64,000 nucleotides of DNA from the human T2T-CHM13v2.0 reference genome, Homo sapiens, in NCBI RefSeq assembly GCF_009914755.1, contig NC_060934.1, one strand, 5' to 3'. The translations under genes and the position numbers were made by a program. Below are positions 25,090 through 39,386 of the stretch, piece after piece. Below the pieces are notes generated by a model. The model made no database searches. It saw only the letters and a program-made list of their open reading frames with translations, and had not been told where the DNA came from. Position 1 is the stretch's first letter, and every line of letters begins with the position of its first letter.

Positions 25090-25576
25090 AAATAACATTT
25101 TATTTGTTGTTACTGTTAAATAACAATTTAAAACTAAAATCAAAAGCTTAAAACAACAAATATTTATTATCTCATATAGTTTCTGAGGGTCAGAAATCCT
25201 AAAACAGACTAGTTTAATGGTTCTGGCTCAGGGTCTTTCATGAGGTTGTAGTCAAGCTGTTGGCTAGCATTTCTGCCCTTTGAAAGCTCCACTCATATGG
25301 CTGTTGACAGCAGATTTCAGTTTGCAATCGTATGGCTTTGCTCAAGGCCTGGTAGCTGGCCTCCCCCAGTATGAGAAAAATCCAAGAAAGAGATTAAACA
25401 AGACAGAACCTGCAGTATCTGTCAGGACCTAATCTCAGAAGTGACACACTATCACTTTAATAGTCTATTGATCAAATAGGAAAGCAACTGTGATACAGTG
25501 TGAAAGGGACTTACACAAGGCCATCATTACCAACAGACAGGATTATTGGGGTCCTACCTTGGGAATGTCTACCACA
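25090..25576 (-). mobile_element. MLT1-family (MaLR) solo LTR
   Basis: gcttaaaacaacaaatatttattatctcatatagtttctgagggtcagaaatc...ggtctttcatgaggttgtagtcaag...gtctaccaca. Confidence 0.75.
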
Positions 25577-26339
25577 GTTCTCCCTTTGGCACCTAATGGT
25601 TCATATCTTTCCCACATAAAAATACTCTCAGCGCATACCAAGGCCCCCATGTCTCATCCTATTACACCCAAAGCACAATAGTGCCTAGAACATAGTAGCT
25701 CATCACATATTTTTTTTATTTATTAGAAATTCAAACATAATCCAATTTGGTTCTTTTTGTTTTTAAATATAACTTAGTAAGTAATCAGAAAAACCAGTCT
25801 ATGTGAATTTGCTGAATTTCATAAAATAAAATAAGAAATAATTTTCTTCAGTTTTTATATGATTTATGCTGTATACCTTTCCTCACTATTTAAAGTAATA
25901 ATTTTTGGTATAGATTAATGAAATATTTATTTCTTTGATTAAAAATGTGAGGGCCTCAGTTACTACGTTGTGTTTATCATTTCATAAACACATTCAACTT
26001 AAGAGAACCATCAAAAGATGATGTGAATTTTAGAGTTATTTCAATAAAATTAAAAAGATTTCCTACAAAATTATCAAAGCACCCAGAATGCAATTTTTTA
26101 ATCTAACGCATTTTTTTCCTGACAACATATTACTAATTAAAGAGGTCATTCTGAATGAAGAAATTTTTCATTGAGATCATAGTTGTTTCATGGAGCTACT
26201 CAATCAGTTGCCATTAATTAAAATACAATGTTAACGTATCTTATTTGTCACCTATAATTTACATGAAATATATTATTTATTACAGAGAACTACTATCTCC
26301 CTCTCTCCCTTCTCTTTTTTCAAAAATAAGGTTATTTTT

Positions 26340-26470
26340 TGAAAGGTGAAAAGCAGAGGTTTCATAAGGTTTAGTAGATTAAATAAGGTAACATGACAGG
26401 ACTGGGATTCAAGCTTGGGATTTGCGATTGCAAGAACACTGATCTTTCCATGAAATCATTGCTGATTCCC
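26340..26470 (-). mobile_element. MIR remnant
   Basis: ggtgaaaagcagaggttt...actgggattcaagcttggg pattern. Confidence 0.5.
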
Positions 26471-27369
26471 ATGACACTATATTTAATACAAATTATATAT
26501 TATTAGAATATAGTAAGGTTGGTTTTCAAAATGAACATTATTGTCTTTTCACAAGAATATTAACTCACATATTAAACTAAGTGTAAAAAAATACAGAGAA
26601 ATACACATTATTTTATAATACAGATGTTAAAATGAAAATTAACAATTAGGCTCAGTTTTAATAGTTTTAATATTTTATCCTAAGATAATCACTAAAAGTA
26701 CATACTGCTTAGGTACAGTTTGGAAACTAAATATGACTCCAGGAAGATTATGTTAAGAAGCCAGACATTTTGGACAATTCTTTACATATACTAAAATATT
26801 AGATAATCATACCAGAGATGGGAACATTGAAAAGATTAAACTGAGTATTTGTGAAGATTTAAGAATATATTTTGCTAATAGAAATATGTAAGTTTAATTA
26901 GAATATGTGTTTCTGCAAAGTATCACAGAAGATAACCAATAAGAAAATTATTTGAAATCTGATTTTACACCAAAAGGCAAAGGAAATAGTTATGGAATTT
27001 GAACATCTAAAATCACTTAAGCAAGAAATGAGTTAGGCAAAAATTGTATACTGTTCCTTAATTATAAATTACTACCAGGGATGTATTTATGAAAAACATC
27101 ACTGACAATTTTTATACTCAGGATGAAATAAAATATTTTATACACAGTTTGCCTCATGGATACATTATGTGTAATATAATATATCCTATTAATATTGCTA
27201 TTTTTAGTTAATTAGCTTTCTTGTGTACATCAATTTAAGATTAGATATGAAGTATATAAACAGAAGCCACAGGATGAATGGTGAGATCCTGGATATAAAT
27301 TATGGAAATTTGGATACTTACCTCCCTGTATTACTTCTCAAAGAGTTTTCTTAGGTTAAGACACAGCTT

Positions 27370-27466
27370 AGAAAGGACATTTTGTCTTTTGCTCACTGCT
27401 GTATCCTAAGGGCCTAGGGTCTTTGGCATATAGTATATGCTCAATAAATAATATTGGAATAAGTGA
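27370..27466 (+). mobile_element. L2 3'-end remnant
   Basis: tgctcactgctgtatcc...tggcatatagtatatgctcaataaata. Confidence 0.65.
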
Positions 27467-29060
27467 CTGAGTCCCCATTTACCAATGGGAAAAAAAATTG
27501 AAAATGCCTGAAGGGACATAGGTATGTGTGTGCATGCACATACATTTGAATGTATTTTACAATACAAATTGTATAGCTAAACATATTATATATCTAATAT
27601 ACAACTATAGAGAGAATTTCTAAAAGAAAGCAAATGAACAGTATGTTGGATAATATTACATCTCCACATGATCTAGTTTAACTAACATTCTTTTTTTTCC
27701 CTTAGATAACAAATTTTTAGCCAGCAAGGTCCCTAATACAATATGGCTTTTGTATTAAATCTGTGAGAGTGAATTACTTAATGCCTTCTAGACAAATGCT
27801 GTTTCTTCACTATGTGTTTACAGTAAATGTTCTGGAAAAATACAGAAAATTTAGTCTATTTTTTCAAATATCTATAATTTATCTTTGCGGATCCCTCATG
27901 TTTTGCTCTAATGAGTTGTGATTTGTTCACATAATATTAGGGTAAAACTTATAAAGAAAAGTAATTGCTTCAATTTTTGTTATGATTATTTTTGTCTTTG
28001 TGGGTGTGATGCTTAGATTTTGGGGTAGTTTTTGTCAGTAATGTGTCAACAATTTTTTTTAAGTAGCAAGCATAAGTATGTTAATGTGTTTCTTTTCTTC
28101 CTAAGTTTTATTGCTAAGGCTACAAAATTAGTAAAAATTTATATTTTTCTAAAAAGTTGCTGTTCATCCGACATCCTTAATTTTCATTAATATCTTTTCA
28201 GAACCTAGATTTCAGAAAACCAACAATTATTTTTTACATAATTTAAGTAACCAAACTTAATGTCTTTAATTCAAGAACATTGTGTTTGGCTATATATTTT
28301 ATTTCTCTCCACAATAAGAAGGACTATTTCTACTACTTAAATACGTTAGTGACATTGTTGAAACTAGATGTAATGACACTCCATTGTTAGCTGCAAGATC
28401 CAAAGGCATGTCTGCCTTGGATATGACTGAAGAATTCAAACTGCCTCTTCCAGAAGTCCTTTCCATAGAGAAGAAAAGAAGAAGAATCTGTTGTTCAAGA
28501 ACGAAAATTGCATGACATTATAATCTTGAAAAATGCATATTAATCTGAATAATGTTTTATATAACTTTTGAAAAATGTGAAATGTATCTTTATACATTAT
28601 ATATACCCCTTAATACTATCTTAATCATCTTATATATTTGGCCATTAAGAATTGCAAATACTATCTTTTTAAAATATATCTTGCTCCAAAGTGTCTTCAT
28701 ATGAAGAGTGGGACTTTTGCAATGATGCTAGGGGCTTTGAACTTTGCGTATGTTGCTTGATAGCAGTCTCAGAGATTTTCAACTGTGAATTCTTTCCAAA
28801 ATCTACCTTTGCTTAAGCATATGTACTAAGATCTTTAATTTTGTTGACTTGGTGCTTGAAGATGGATTTTTACTTCTTGGTCTTTACTTAAATGATAATC
28901 ATGACAGATTGCATTGCAGAGTCACTGAAGAAGATTTATCTGCAGCATTATCACCTAAGAAAGACAAAAAATTTTAATGTTGAAACAGAAAACACAACTC
29001 TAGGAAATTTAAGGAAACTTCCTCAACAAATGTTTTTGTTTGTGGGAATTAAAACTATGA

Positions 29061-29439
<379 letters not shown>

Positions 29440-29459
29440 CTCAATGAGTTTTTTTACAC

Positions 29460-30240
29460 ATATATACAGCCATGTAATCCATCATCTATATCAAGTTATA
29501 GAATATACCTAACACTCCAAAAACTCTTGGGCTCCTCCAAGTAGAACTATTCTCATAACTTTTACAATTTTTTTATCAAATGTGCTGCCTTTGGAATTTT
29601 AAAATTAATATAATGATATGGAATATACTTCTATGTATCTGCCTTCTTTTACATAGCATGATAACTGTGAAATCCATTCATGTTGCTGAATGTGTCAGCA
29701 GTTCTTTCTTATTGCTGTGCAGTACTCTACCGGGAGGATATATCATAGTTTTTTGTCCAATCTAGTTTTGAAAATTATTTGAACTTTTTCCAATGTAGGG
29801 CTGTTATAAACAGTGTTGATACATATGTTTTTGTATAAGTCTTTGTTGAATACATGCTTTCATTTTTGTAGGGTATATGTCCAGGAATTAAATTTTTGCA
29901 TTATTGGGGAAGTTCAAACGTAGATCAGTAGATGTTCCCAAATGATTTTCAGGATATGTATCCATGTAAATTCCTACCAGCAATGCAGGAGAATTCCAAT
30001 TGCCCATGTTCTAATCAGAATATTGTTATATCCTAAGACTAATTTTAAATATTCTGATGGGTGTAGAGTGGAGGCATAGTATGATTTCAACTTGTATTTC
30101 TTTCATGACTAATTATCTTCTATGTTAATTGTTATTTTGTATGTTTATTGCAAAGTGCCTATACAGAATTTTTGTCTATCATTTTGTTGTGCTGTCTCTT
30201 GCTTTATGAATTTTATAGGATTCTTAATATTATAATTGAG
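29460..30240 (-). mobile_element. Old L1ME-like fragment
   Basis: Diverged L1M 3' UTR motifs (aatccattcatgttgctg; cctaccagcaatgcaggagaattccaattg). Confidence 0.6.
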
Positions 30241-30249
30241 TTATCTTTC

Positions 30250-30453
30250 TTTTTTATTATTATTATTATACTTTAAGTTTTAGGGTATATGTGCACAACG
30301 TGCAAGTTTGTCACATATGTATACATGTGCCATGTTGGTGTGCTGCACCCATTAACTCATCATTTAGCATTAGGTATATCTCCTAATGCTATCCCTTCCT
30401 CCTCCCCCCACCCCACAACAGTCCCCGGTGTGTGATGTTCCCCTGCCTTTGTC
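30250..30453 (-). mobile_element. Short young L1PA 3'-end insertion
   Basis: attatactttaagttttagggta...gtgtgatgttcccc; candidate TSD tctttctt on both sides. Confidence 0.9.
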
Positions 30454-30511
30454 CTCTTTCTTATACTTGCATGAGCAATCTCCTCAAACTGATACTTGCC
30501 TTTTTTGTCCT

Positions 30512-32785
30512 TGGTGTGGTTTGGCTCTGTGTTCCCACCCAAATCTTCATAATACCCATGTGCCAAGGGTGGGACTGGGTGGAGGTAATTGGGTCATGGG
30601 GATGGTTTCCCTCATACTATTATGATAGTGAGTGTTTTCACGAGACCTGATGGTTTTATAACTGTGTGGCATTTCCCTTGCTTCCACTCACTCCATCCTG
30701 CCACCCTGTGAAGAAGGTGCCTGCTTCTCCTTTGGTTACTGCTATGATTGTAAGTTTCCTGAGGCCTCCCCAGCAACGCAAAACTGTGAATCAATTAAAC
30801 CTTTTTCCTTTATAAATTACTAAGTCTTGGGTATTTCTTCATAGTGTTGTGAGCATAGACTAAAACAGTAAGTTGTTACCAGGAGTGGGGTACTGCTGTA
30901 AGATAACTGAGAATGTGAAAGTGACTTAGGAACTAGGTAATGAGCAGAGGTTGGAACAGTTTAAAAGGCTCAGAAGAAGACAGAAAGATGTGGGAAAGTT
31001 TGGAACTTCCTAGAGACTTGTTGAATGGCTTTGACCAAAATGCTGATAGTGATATGGACAATGAAGTCCAGGCTGAGGTGGTCTTAAATGGAGGTGAGGA
31101 CTCATTGGGAATGCAAATAAAGGTCACTCTTGCTATGCTTTAACAAAGAGACTGGCAGAATTTTGCCTCTGCTCTAGAGATCTGTGAAACTTTGAACTTG
31201 AGATAAATTATTTAGGGTATCTAGTGGGATAAATTTCTAAGCAGCAAAGCGTTCAATAGGTGACAAAGCATAAAAGTTTGTAAAATTTGCAGTCTGATGA
31301 TGCAGTAGAAAAGAAAAACCCATTTTGGGAAGAGAAATTCAAGCTGGCTGCAGAAGTTTGCATAAGTAATGAGCCAAATGTTAATCACACAGACAATAAG
31401 GAAAATGTCTCTAGGGAATGTCATAGACCTTCACAGCAGCCCTTCTCATCACAGGCCCAGAGACCTAGGAGGGAAAGATGGTCTCACGGGCCAAGCCCAA
31501 GGCTCCATTGCTGTTTGCAACCTTGAGACTTGGTGCCCTGTGTCCCAGCCATTCCAGCCATGGCTAAAAGGGGCCAAAGTACAACTGAAGTTATTGCTTC
31601 AGAGGGTGCAAGCCCCAAGCCTTGGCAGCTTCCACATGGTGTTGAGCCTGTAGGTGCACAGAAGCCAAGAATTGAGTCTTGGGAACCTCCGCCTAGATTT
31701 CAGAGGATGAATGGAAATGCCTGGATATCCAGGCAGAAGTTTGCTGCAGGGGTGGGGCCCTCATAGAGAACCTCTGCTAGGGTAGTGCAGAAGGGAAATG
31801 TGGGGTTGAAGATTCCACACAGAGTCCCCACTGGAGCACTGCCTAGTAGAGTTTTCAGAAGAGGGCCACCATCTTCCAGATCCCAGAATGGTATATCCTA
31901 CCACAGCTTGCACTGTGCACCTGGAAAAGAGCAGACACTCAACACCAACCTATGAAAGCAGCCAGAAGGGGGGGCTATACCCTCCAAAGCCACAGGGGTA
32001 GAACTGCCCAAGGCTGTGGGAGCCCACCTCTTGCATCAGCATGACTTGGGTTTGAGACATGGAGTCAAAGCAGGTCATTTTGAAAATTTAAGTTTTAATG
32101 ACTGCCCTATTAGATTTTGGACTTGCATGGGGCCCGTAGCCCCTTTGTTTTGGCCAGTTTCCTCCATTTGGAATGGGTGTATTTACTCAATGCCTGTACT
32201 CCCATTGTATCTAGGAAGTAACTAACTTACATTTGATTTTACAGGTTCATAGGTGGGAGAGACTTGACTTGTCTCAGATGCCACTTTGGACTGTGGACTT
32301 TTGATTTAATGCTGAAATGAATTAAGACTCTGGGAGACTGTTAGGAAGGCATGACTTGTTTGGAAATGTGAAATGACATAAGATTTAGGATGGGCCAGGG
32401 ATGGAATAATATGATTTGGCTTTGTGTCCCCACACAAATCTCACCTTCAATTTTAATCCCCATAATCTCCATGTGTCAAGGGTAGGACCAGGTAGAGGTA
32501 ATTGGATCATGGGGGTGGTTTCCTCCATGCTGTTCTCATGACAGTGGGTGAGTTATCATGAGACCTGATGGTTTTGTAAGTGTCTGGCATTTCCCCTGCT
32601 TGCACTCACTCCATCCTGCAGCCCTGTGAAGAAGGTACCTGCTTCTCCTTTGTCTTCTGCCATGATTGTTAGTTTCCTGAGGCCTCCTCAGCAGTGTGGA
32701 ACTGTGAGTCAATTAAACATCTTTCCTTTATAAATTATCCAGTCTCAGGTGTTTCCTCATAGCAGTGTGATTACGGACTAATACA
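30512..32785 (+). mobile_element. Complete THE1D (MaLR) provirus: LTR 30512-30867, internal 30868-32406, LTR 32407-32785
   Basis: Two homologous THE1-type LTRs (tggtttggctctgtg...gactaataca); THE1-int sequence; purine tract before the 3' LTR; 5-bp TSD gtcct at 30507-30511 and 32786-32790. Confidence 0.93.
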
Positions 32786-32790
32786 GTCCT

Positions 32791-34390
32791 TAATATTGTT
32801 TTTTGATGAGCATACATTTTAATATTAATGAAAATCAAAAAAATGGTTTGTGAAATGTTGTGTTCTCTTTATGAAATCTTTGTTTACCCCAAGTGCATAA
32901 AGATATTCCTCTTCTCTTTCCTTCTAAAAGCTTTAAAAATTTTACATTCTACAGTTAGATTTACTTGTCATCTCAAATTATTTTTATGTAAATTTTGAGA
33001 GATCTAGACACATTGTTTTGTAAAGCATACCTAATTGCTTCAGTACCCTTTATTGAAAATATCTTTTTCCCCACTAAATCACATTGGTGCTTTTGCTCTA
33101 AGTAATATGAGTTGGCAGTGTGGGGGAAGGGGTCTGTTTCTGGCCTCTCTGAGAATGTATTTATTGATCTGTGATATCTATCCATACACCAATAGTAACT
33201 ATTTTATATAAACTACTTTTTTGAAAAGTCTTGACATAAGGTAGTATAAATCCTGTTGCTCTTCTCTGTTTCAGTATTTCCTTTGCAACCCTCTTTAAGA
33301 TTGCCTTTCACTTCTATGTAAATTCTCAAAAGAGGTTGTTAATTTTAATAAAAGTTCCTGCTGGGATTTTGATTAAAATTTCATTAAATCTATAGAACAA
33401 TTTTGGGAGACTTGACATCTTAATAATAGTGAGTCTTGTGAACTACAAGCATGATATACCCTTCCATTAATTTAAGTCTTCTTTAATTTTTCTTAGTGAT
33501 GTTTTATCCTTTTCATTGTAGAAGTCTTACATATTTTTCATTAGTTTAGATTCTAGATAATAGAGGCTGTTTGCTGCTATAGTAAGGAATATCTTTAAAT
33601 TTTCATGCCCTAATTGTTTGCTGCTAATGCATAGAAGTATATTTTAAATATTAGTGTTGTAAACAGCAACCTTGTTAAATTCATATGTTTAATTTTAGGA
33701 GTTTGTAGATGGATTTTCGAGTTGTGCAATCACATCATCAATTAATACTGTCAGTTTTTAATTCTTCCCTTCAACTCTGCATGTCTTTATTTTTTCTGCC
33801 TTATTGCACTGGTTAGAATCTCTAGCACAATGTTAAATTGAAGGGAGAGATAGTAAAACTTTTGTTTTATTACTTTTTTTTTTTCTTTTTTTTTCTTTTT
33901 TTTCTTTTATTATTATACTTTAAGTTTTAGGGTACATATGCACATTGTGGAAAATGTCCACATTTAAAACATCAACATTATTTTTCATGTTAACTTGAGA
34001 TTTCTTCATAGATGCTCTTAAATCAATTAAAGAAAGTTTACTTATTCTTCTAATTTTATCTGAAAGTTTTAAAATGAACAACTTCTTAAATATTTGAAAT
34101 TCAATTTTGTGTATATTCTGATGACAATATGAATTTTCTACTTGGATATATTTTAGTCCACTATCTTTGAGAGTTAGCTCAAGTTTTTGTGTGCATGTCT
34201 ACTTTGCTGTTAAACTAATCCAATGAGTTATAACTATAATCAATTTTATAAATCTCAAATATTTGTTAAAATTCTTTTCCTCTGTCCTCTTTAACATATT
34301 GATGACAGCTATTTTAATGGTCATATTTTTTTCTTATTTAAATGCCTACCAATAATTTTTAATTGGTGTCACACTTTGTATATAAGAAAA
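32791..34390 (-). mobile_element. Old L1M fragments continuing past THE1D
   Basis: cctgctgggattttgattaaaatttcattaaatctatag...gacatctttaataatagtgagtc, L1M ORF2-like. Confidence 0.65.
33874..33949 (-). mobile_element. Minimal L1PA2/L1HS-like 3' stub with patterned poly(A)
   Basis: (T8-11 C)n tail plus attatactttaagttttagggtacatatgcacattgtg. Confidence 0.85.
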
Positions 34391-35414
34391 CTATAAGGAC
34401 CCTGGACAATTTTATCTTCTAGTAGATAGGGCCTCTTTTTTATTTGGATAAGCAGCTAAAGCAAGAGGCTGATAACCTCCATTCAATGAGGGACTAGGCT
34501 GGCTTGGGACTGTGTTGAAGGTTTGATGAGACTCCAGCTGCCTCTATTTACTCCTTGTTTGTCAAGCATGTGTCACTTGTGCCTGGTGGTGAGAGAGCAG
34601 CAACTCTCTCTCCTTAGCCTCGTCATCCCCTCAGAGATTTGGACCTTTACTTATTGGTCTTTCACTTATACTCCACATTCAATTTCATAAATTTCTTGAA
34701 GAGGTGGCCATGGTATATCAATCTCAGGAAGTTTCAAAATAATAAACACACTATGGAGAGATAGACCACACATTTAAAGCTTTTCAAGTTTCCAAGCTGT
34801 GCCAAGTCACATGTTTGTGTCTGTGGGACCAGGCCCAATATGCAGCTCACACTTAGAATTAGCAAATTACCCCAGGAAATAAAATAGCTATTGACATGTT
34901 GTTCACATCAAAAAGTCTTTTCTTTCTGTGAGATTTTGGTTCAGGTAATCCTGTCTTCCTCTACATTGATTCAGTGTCTTTAAAAATATAATTTTCAACT
35001 CACATCATGAACTTTTGCTCCAACAAGTACCACAGGAACACACCAGGAAAGCAGAGAGAATCAACAGATACTTTGAAGGAAGTGGTTTACCTCTGCAGGC
35101 TCAGTGAGACAGCTAAAAAATTCAGCTGTAGCAAGCCCTGTCCAAGGAGAGTCTGAGCTCAGACAGGCCTAACTCTGCCCGCACCTGACGGTCTTTCTCC
35201 ACCCACCCTGGGAGCTGAAAACAAAGAACATAACCTCTTGGGAGCTCTAGGGCCCCACCCACTGCCTGAGAAACCTAAATACTTATCCAGGTGACCCTAG
35301 AGTAAGCTTCTATTCTCCCAATACTACCACAGATGGTGCTCTCTTGAAAGCACCACCTCCTGGCTGGAGGCCAAACAACACAAAACCAGCACACATAACA
35401 AAATTATAACAAGA

Positions 35415-37217
35415 TGTCACAGAATCCTTCAGGTGTCCTTCACCAGCCAGAAAATTCTGTGGCCAGCAGTGCCTCTCCTTGAGTTTTGCTCATACCCAGT
35501 AGGCTCGTTCTGCCTATTAGGCCTGGAAGGCTGTGCTTGGCTCACGCTACCGGCCCAGATCCCATGCCTGCCAAGGGTGAGCCAGGTACCAAGTGCCAAG
35601 GGGTGTGAGCCAGGGAGTACGGGGTACTGCCACTGCACACAGCAAGGCACACCAGCTGCTGCAGCAGGGCAGGCAGCTCCAGGCACAAGCACAGGCATTG
35701 GCTCCGTGTGAAACTGTGGCTGAACCAGATGTGCTGCAAGCAAATTCCACTGCAGGCACCAGCATCTGGACAAGGGTAACACAATGGTACCCAAAAGCTC
35801 AGAGACTCTAGGAACCACAGAGCCCCAAAGAGGGTGTTACAGTGTGTCACAGCCCTGGATCAAAGAACCCTGAAGTTTGGGCTCTCAGAAGGGCTGTAGC
35901 AGAGTGAGCAGGGGAGGCAGAAGGATGTGTGTGTTTTAGCCTGTTTGTGTTACAGCTCTTTCAGTCTTACAACCCCAGTCTGTCCTATGGCTCCTGGGCT
36001 GGCCAAAACTTGTCACTTCTTCCTGTCATGTGAGGTGACCATCCAGCACCGGCAGAGGGTGGTAGGGTTATAGTGTTACAGCTCTGCCTCAGGGAATCCC
36101 AAGGTCTGGGCAACCCGAAGGGTTGCCACTCTTCATTCCCACAGTCCAGGAGCATGTCACTGCCCTCAGCACAGCAAGCCAGACAGAAAAGTGTTATGCC
36201 TTCTTTTGCTCCCACTGTTGGGTGGGTCCTGAGTTCCTGTCCCACATCGAGGAAGAAAGATTATGTGGACTACTGGACGGTGAACAAGGCAGAGAAGAAC
36301 TTTATTGGATGACCAAACAGCTGTCAGTGGAACGGAGACATAAAGTGGGTAGCTCCTATTCGCAGGCAGGTGGTCCCGATGAGTGTCTGAGTCTGGCTGA
36401 GTTCAAGGTTTTTATGGGCTCAGAATGGAGGAGGGCATGATTGGTCTGTGGGCAGCCTTGTGGTGGGGCCTGGAAAAAGCACCACTTGATTGACCAAGAG
36501 GCATCAAGGAAGTTCTCACTCTGGGTCACAGACTCAAACTGGAACTGGCAGGCTGGCCACAAGGCTGCAGGCCATCCCTGGCTTGTAGGTGGTGTTTCAC
36601 CAGGGACCTGCCCCTTCCTGCAGGCTCCTAGGAATCTGTCTGCCTCCTGCTGCCATCAATATGCCATCCGTGGTGCCCAGGCTCTCCACACAGTTGGATA
36701 CCCACAGGCCCACACCAAGCCACCCTCAGCTCCCCCAGCCTGCCTCCTGTACTTGTCAGCACCCAAAGTTTCAGCCTCAGAAGCAGATTCTGGAGGGGGC
36801 TGAGACAGTTGAGGGGCTGACATGTCAGTGCTGCCCCAAGTGCGTGCACACCCAGTCACAGCAGTGCCTGAGCTCGGCTACCAGGACATGTCCACAGCTT
36901 TGCTCCACCATTGAGTGGAGGCTGGAAATGGGAGTGTCCAGGGAATGAGAGCAGGCACTTCTGAGCCTGCAGGGGCAGGGAGCTTCCCTGCCCCCTGAAA
37001 GCGCAGGTATGCCTGAGTCCAACCCATGGTTGGGAAGCTGTAGCTATGCCCGGGAGTGTGGGCTCCCCCTGCCAACTTGGTAGGGTGTGGGGCCCCTGCT
37101 GGAATCACCTGTTCCCAGCCCTCACCAGTTCCATGGAGCACACCGCAGCAGCTGCACTTCCCCTGCTGCAGCTGATGTCCTTGCAGAACTTCTCCAGATG
37201 GGTGGCTGCCACCATCA
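35415..37217 (-). mobile_element. MER52 (ERV1) solo LTR
   Basis: TG...CA termini (tgtcacagaatcc ... gctgccaccatca) match reverse-complement MER52 ends; ~1.8 kb and GC-rich; flanks caaga and caagg. Confidence 0.85.
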
Positions 37218-37737
37218 CAAGGACCTTCAAAGAGTACACTTCACTCCCCTGCTACCTCCACTGGAGTAGGTGTTGGTATCCACAGGTGAGAGACCTGAAG
37301 ATGGATCACGGCAGACACCCCTAGTACCATCCCAGAGCCCAGTAGCCCCACTCAGTAGCTAGAAGAGAAATAACAATCACTGCAGTTTGGCTCTCGGGAA
37401 GCCCCATCCCCAGGGGAAGGAGGAGAGAACTACATCAAGGGAGCACACTGTGGGAAAAAAGAATTTGAACAACAGCCCTGGAGCCCCAGATCTTCCTTCT
37501 GTCATAATCTACCCAAATGAGAAGGAACCAGAAAAACAATTCTGGTAATATGGAAAAACAAAGATCTATAACACCCTTAAAAGATCACACTATCTCTCTA
37601 GCAATGGATTCAAACTAAGGAAAAAATCTCAGGGTTGCCAGAAAAAGAATTCAGAAGGGCAATTATTGAACTACTCAAAGAGGTGCTAGAGAAAGGTGAA
37701 TACCAACTTAAAGGAATAAAAAAAAAATTACAAGCTA

Positions 37738-38090
<353 letters not shown>

Positions 38091-39386
38091 ATAGATAGCA
38101 TAGATAGAAAACAATAGCAATCTCTGGAAATGAAGGATGTACTTAGAGAAATGAAAAATTAGCTGCAATGTTTCAGCAATAGAACACAACAAGTAGAAGA
38201 AAGAACTTCAGAGCTTGAAGACAAGGCTTTCAAATTAATCTAATCCAACAAAGACAAAGAAACAGAATTTTATAAAAGAACAAGGTCTCCAAAAATTTTG
38301 GGATTATTTTAAACTACCAAACCTAAGAATTATTCATATACATATATATATTTATATATATACACACACACACCATGGACTGCTATTCAGCCATAAAAAG
38401 GAGCGACATAATGGCATTCACAGCAACCTGGATGGAATTGGAGATTATTATTATAAGTGAAGTAATTCAGGAATGGAAAAACCAAATATTGTATGTTCTC
38501 AATCATAACTGAGAACTAAGCTATGAGAACACAAATGCAGAAAAATAATACAATGGACTTTGGGGCTCAGGGGAAAGGATGAAGGGGGATGAAGGATAAA
38601 AGACTACACATTGGGTACAGTGTACACTGCTCATGTAAGGAGTGCACCAAGATCACAGAAATCATGACTAAGGAACTTACTCATGTAACCAATCACCACC
38701 AGTTCCCCCAAAACCTATTGAAATAAAGAATAAAAATTAAAAAAATATGATTTGCCATATGTGTGGGATTTTTTACTTAATAAAGTAAGAAAACGGTCTG
38801 TTAATTTTATCATTAATATTATTTATTATAATATACTTTCTATTATAATAAATAGTAATTTATTTTAATTAGAACCAGATTATTTTACCATAACATCATT
38901 GAATACATTAGTTATGTTTAAACATCTCCAGGGATAGACATTAATTTGGCATGAATATTGACCCTAAATTAAGGAGTCTTGAAAAATTTTATTTGACGTA
39001 TTTTCTCATAGATTAATAAGGAAATAATATTTCTTCATCATAAAGATGTGTGACCATACCAGTAGAAAAATGCTTTTTTATTGATTCTAAAATATTCAAC
39101 TTTTACATACATAAAACAGCTATTTTGAGCAAGATATCTATCCATATTTTAGTGTAAATTTCAATTCAAAACTTATCAGGAGTCCCAGCAATATTACTAC
39201 TCAGATTTTTGTTAATTACAGAAGGAAGAAAAAATCTATTAAGCAACAGCACAATAATAGACATCCCCCAAAATGATCATAATCCCCAAATTAAAAAGGA
39301 TCCAGACAATTTTTAAGGTTATGGGAGAGTAACTTCAACATGGACAACATGCACCATATGCTTATTGCCTATTTTTCAATGTAGTT

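Noticed and set aside
35429-37324. Dense cluster of overlapping ORFs suggesting a gene
   Set aside because: They lie in the GC-rich MER52 LTR and show no recognisable protein similarity.
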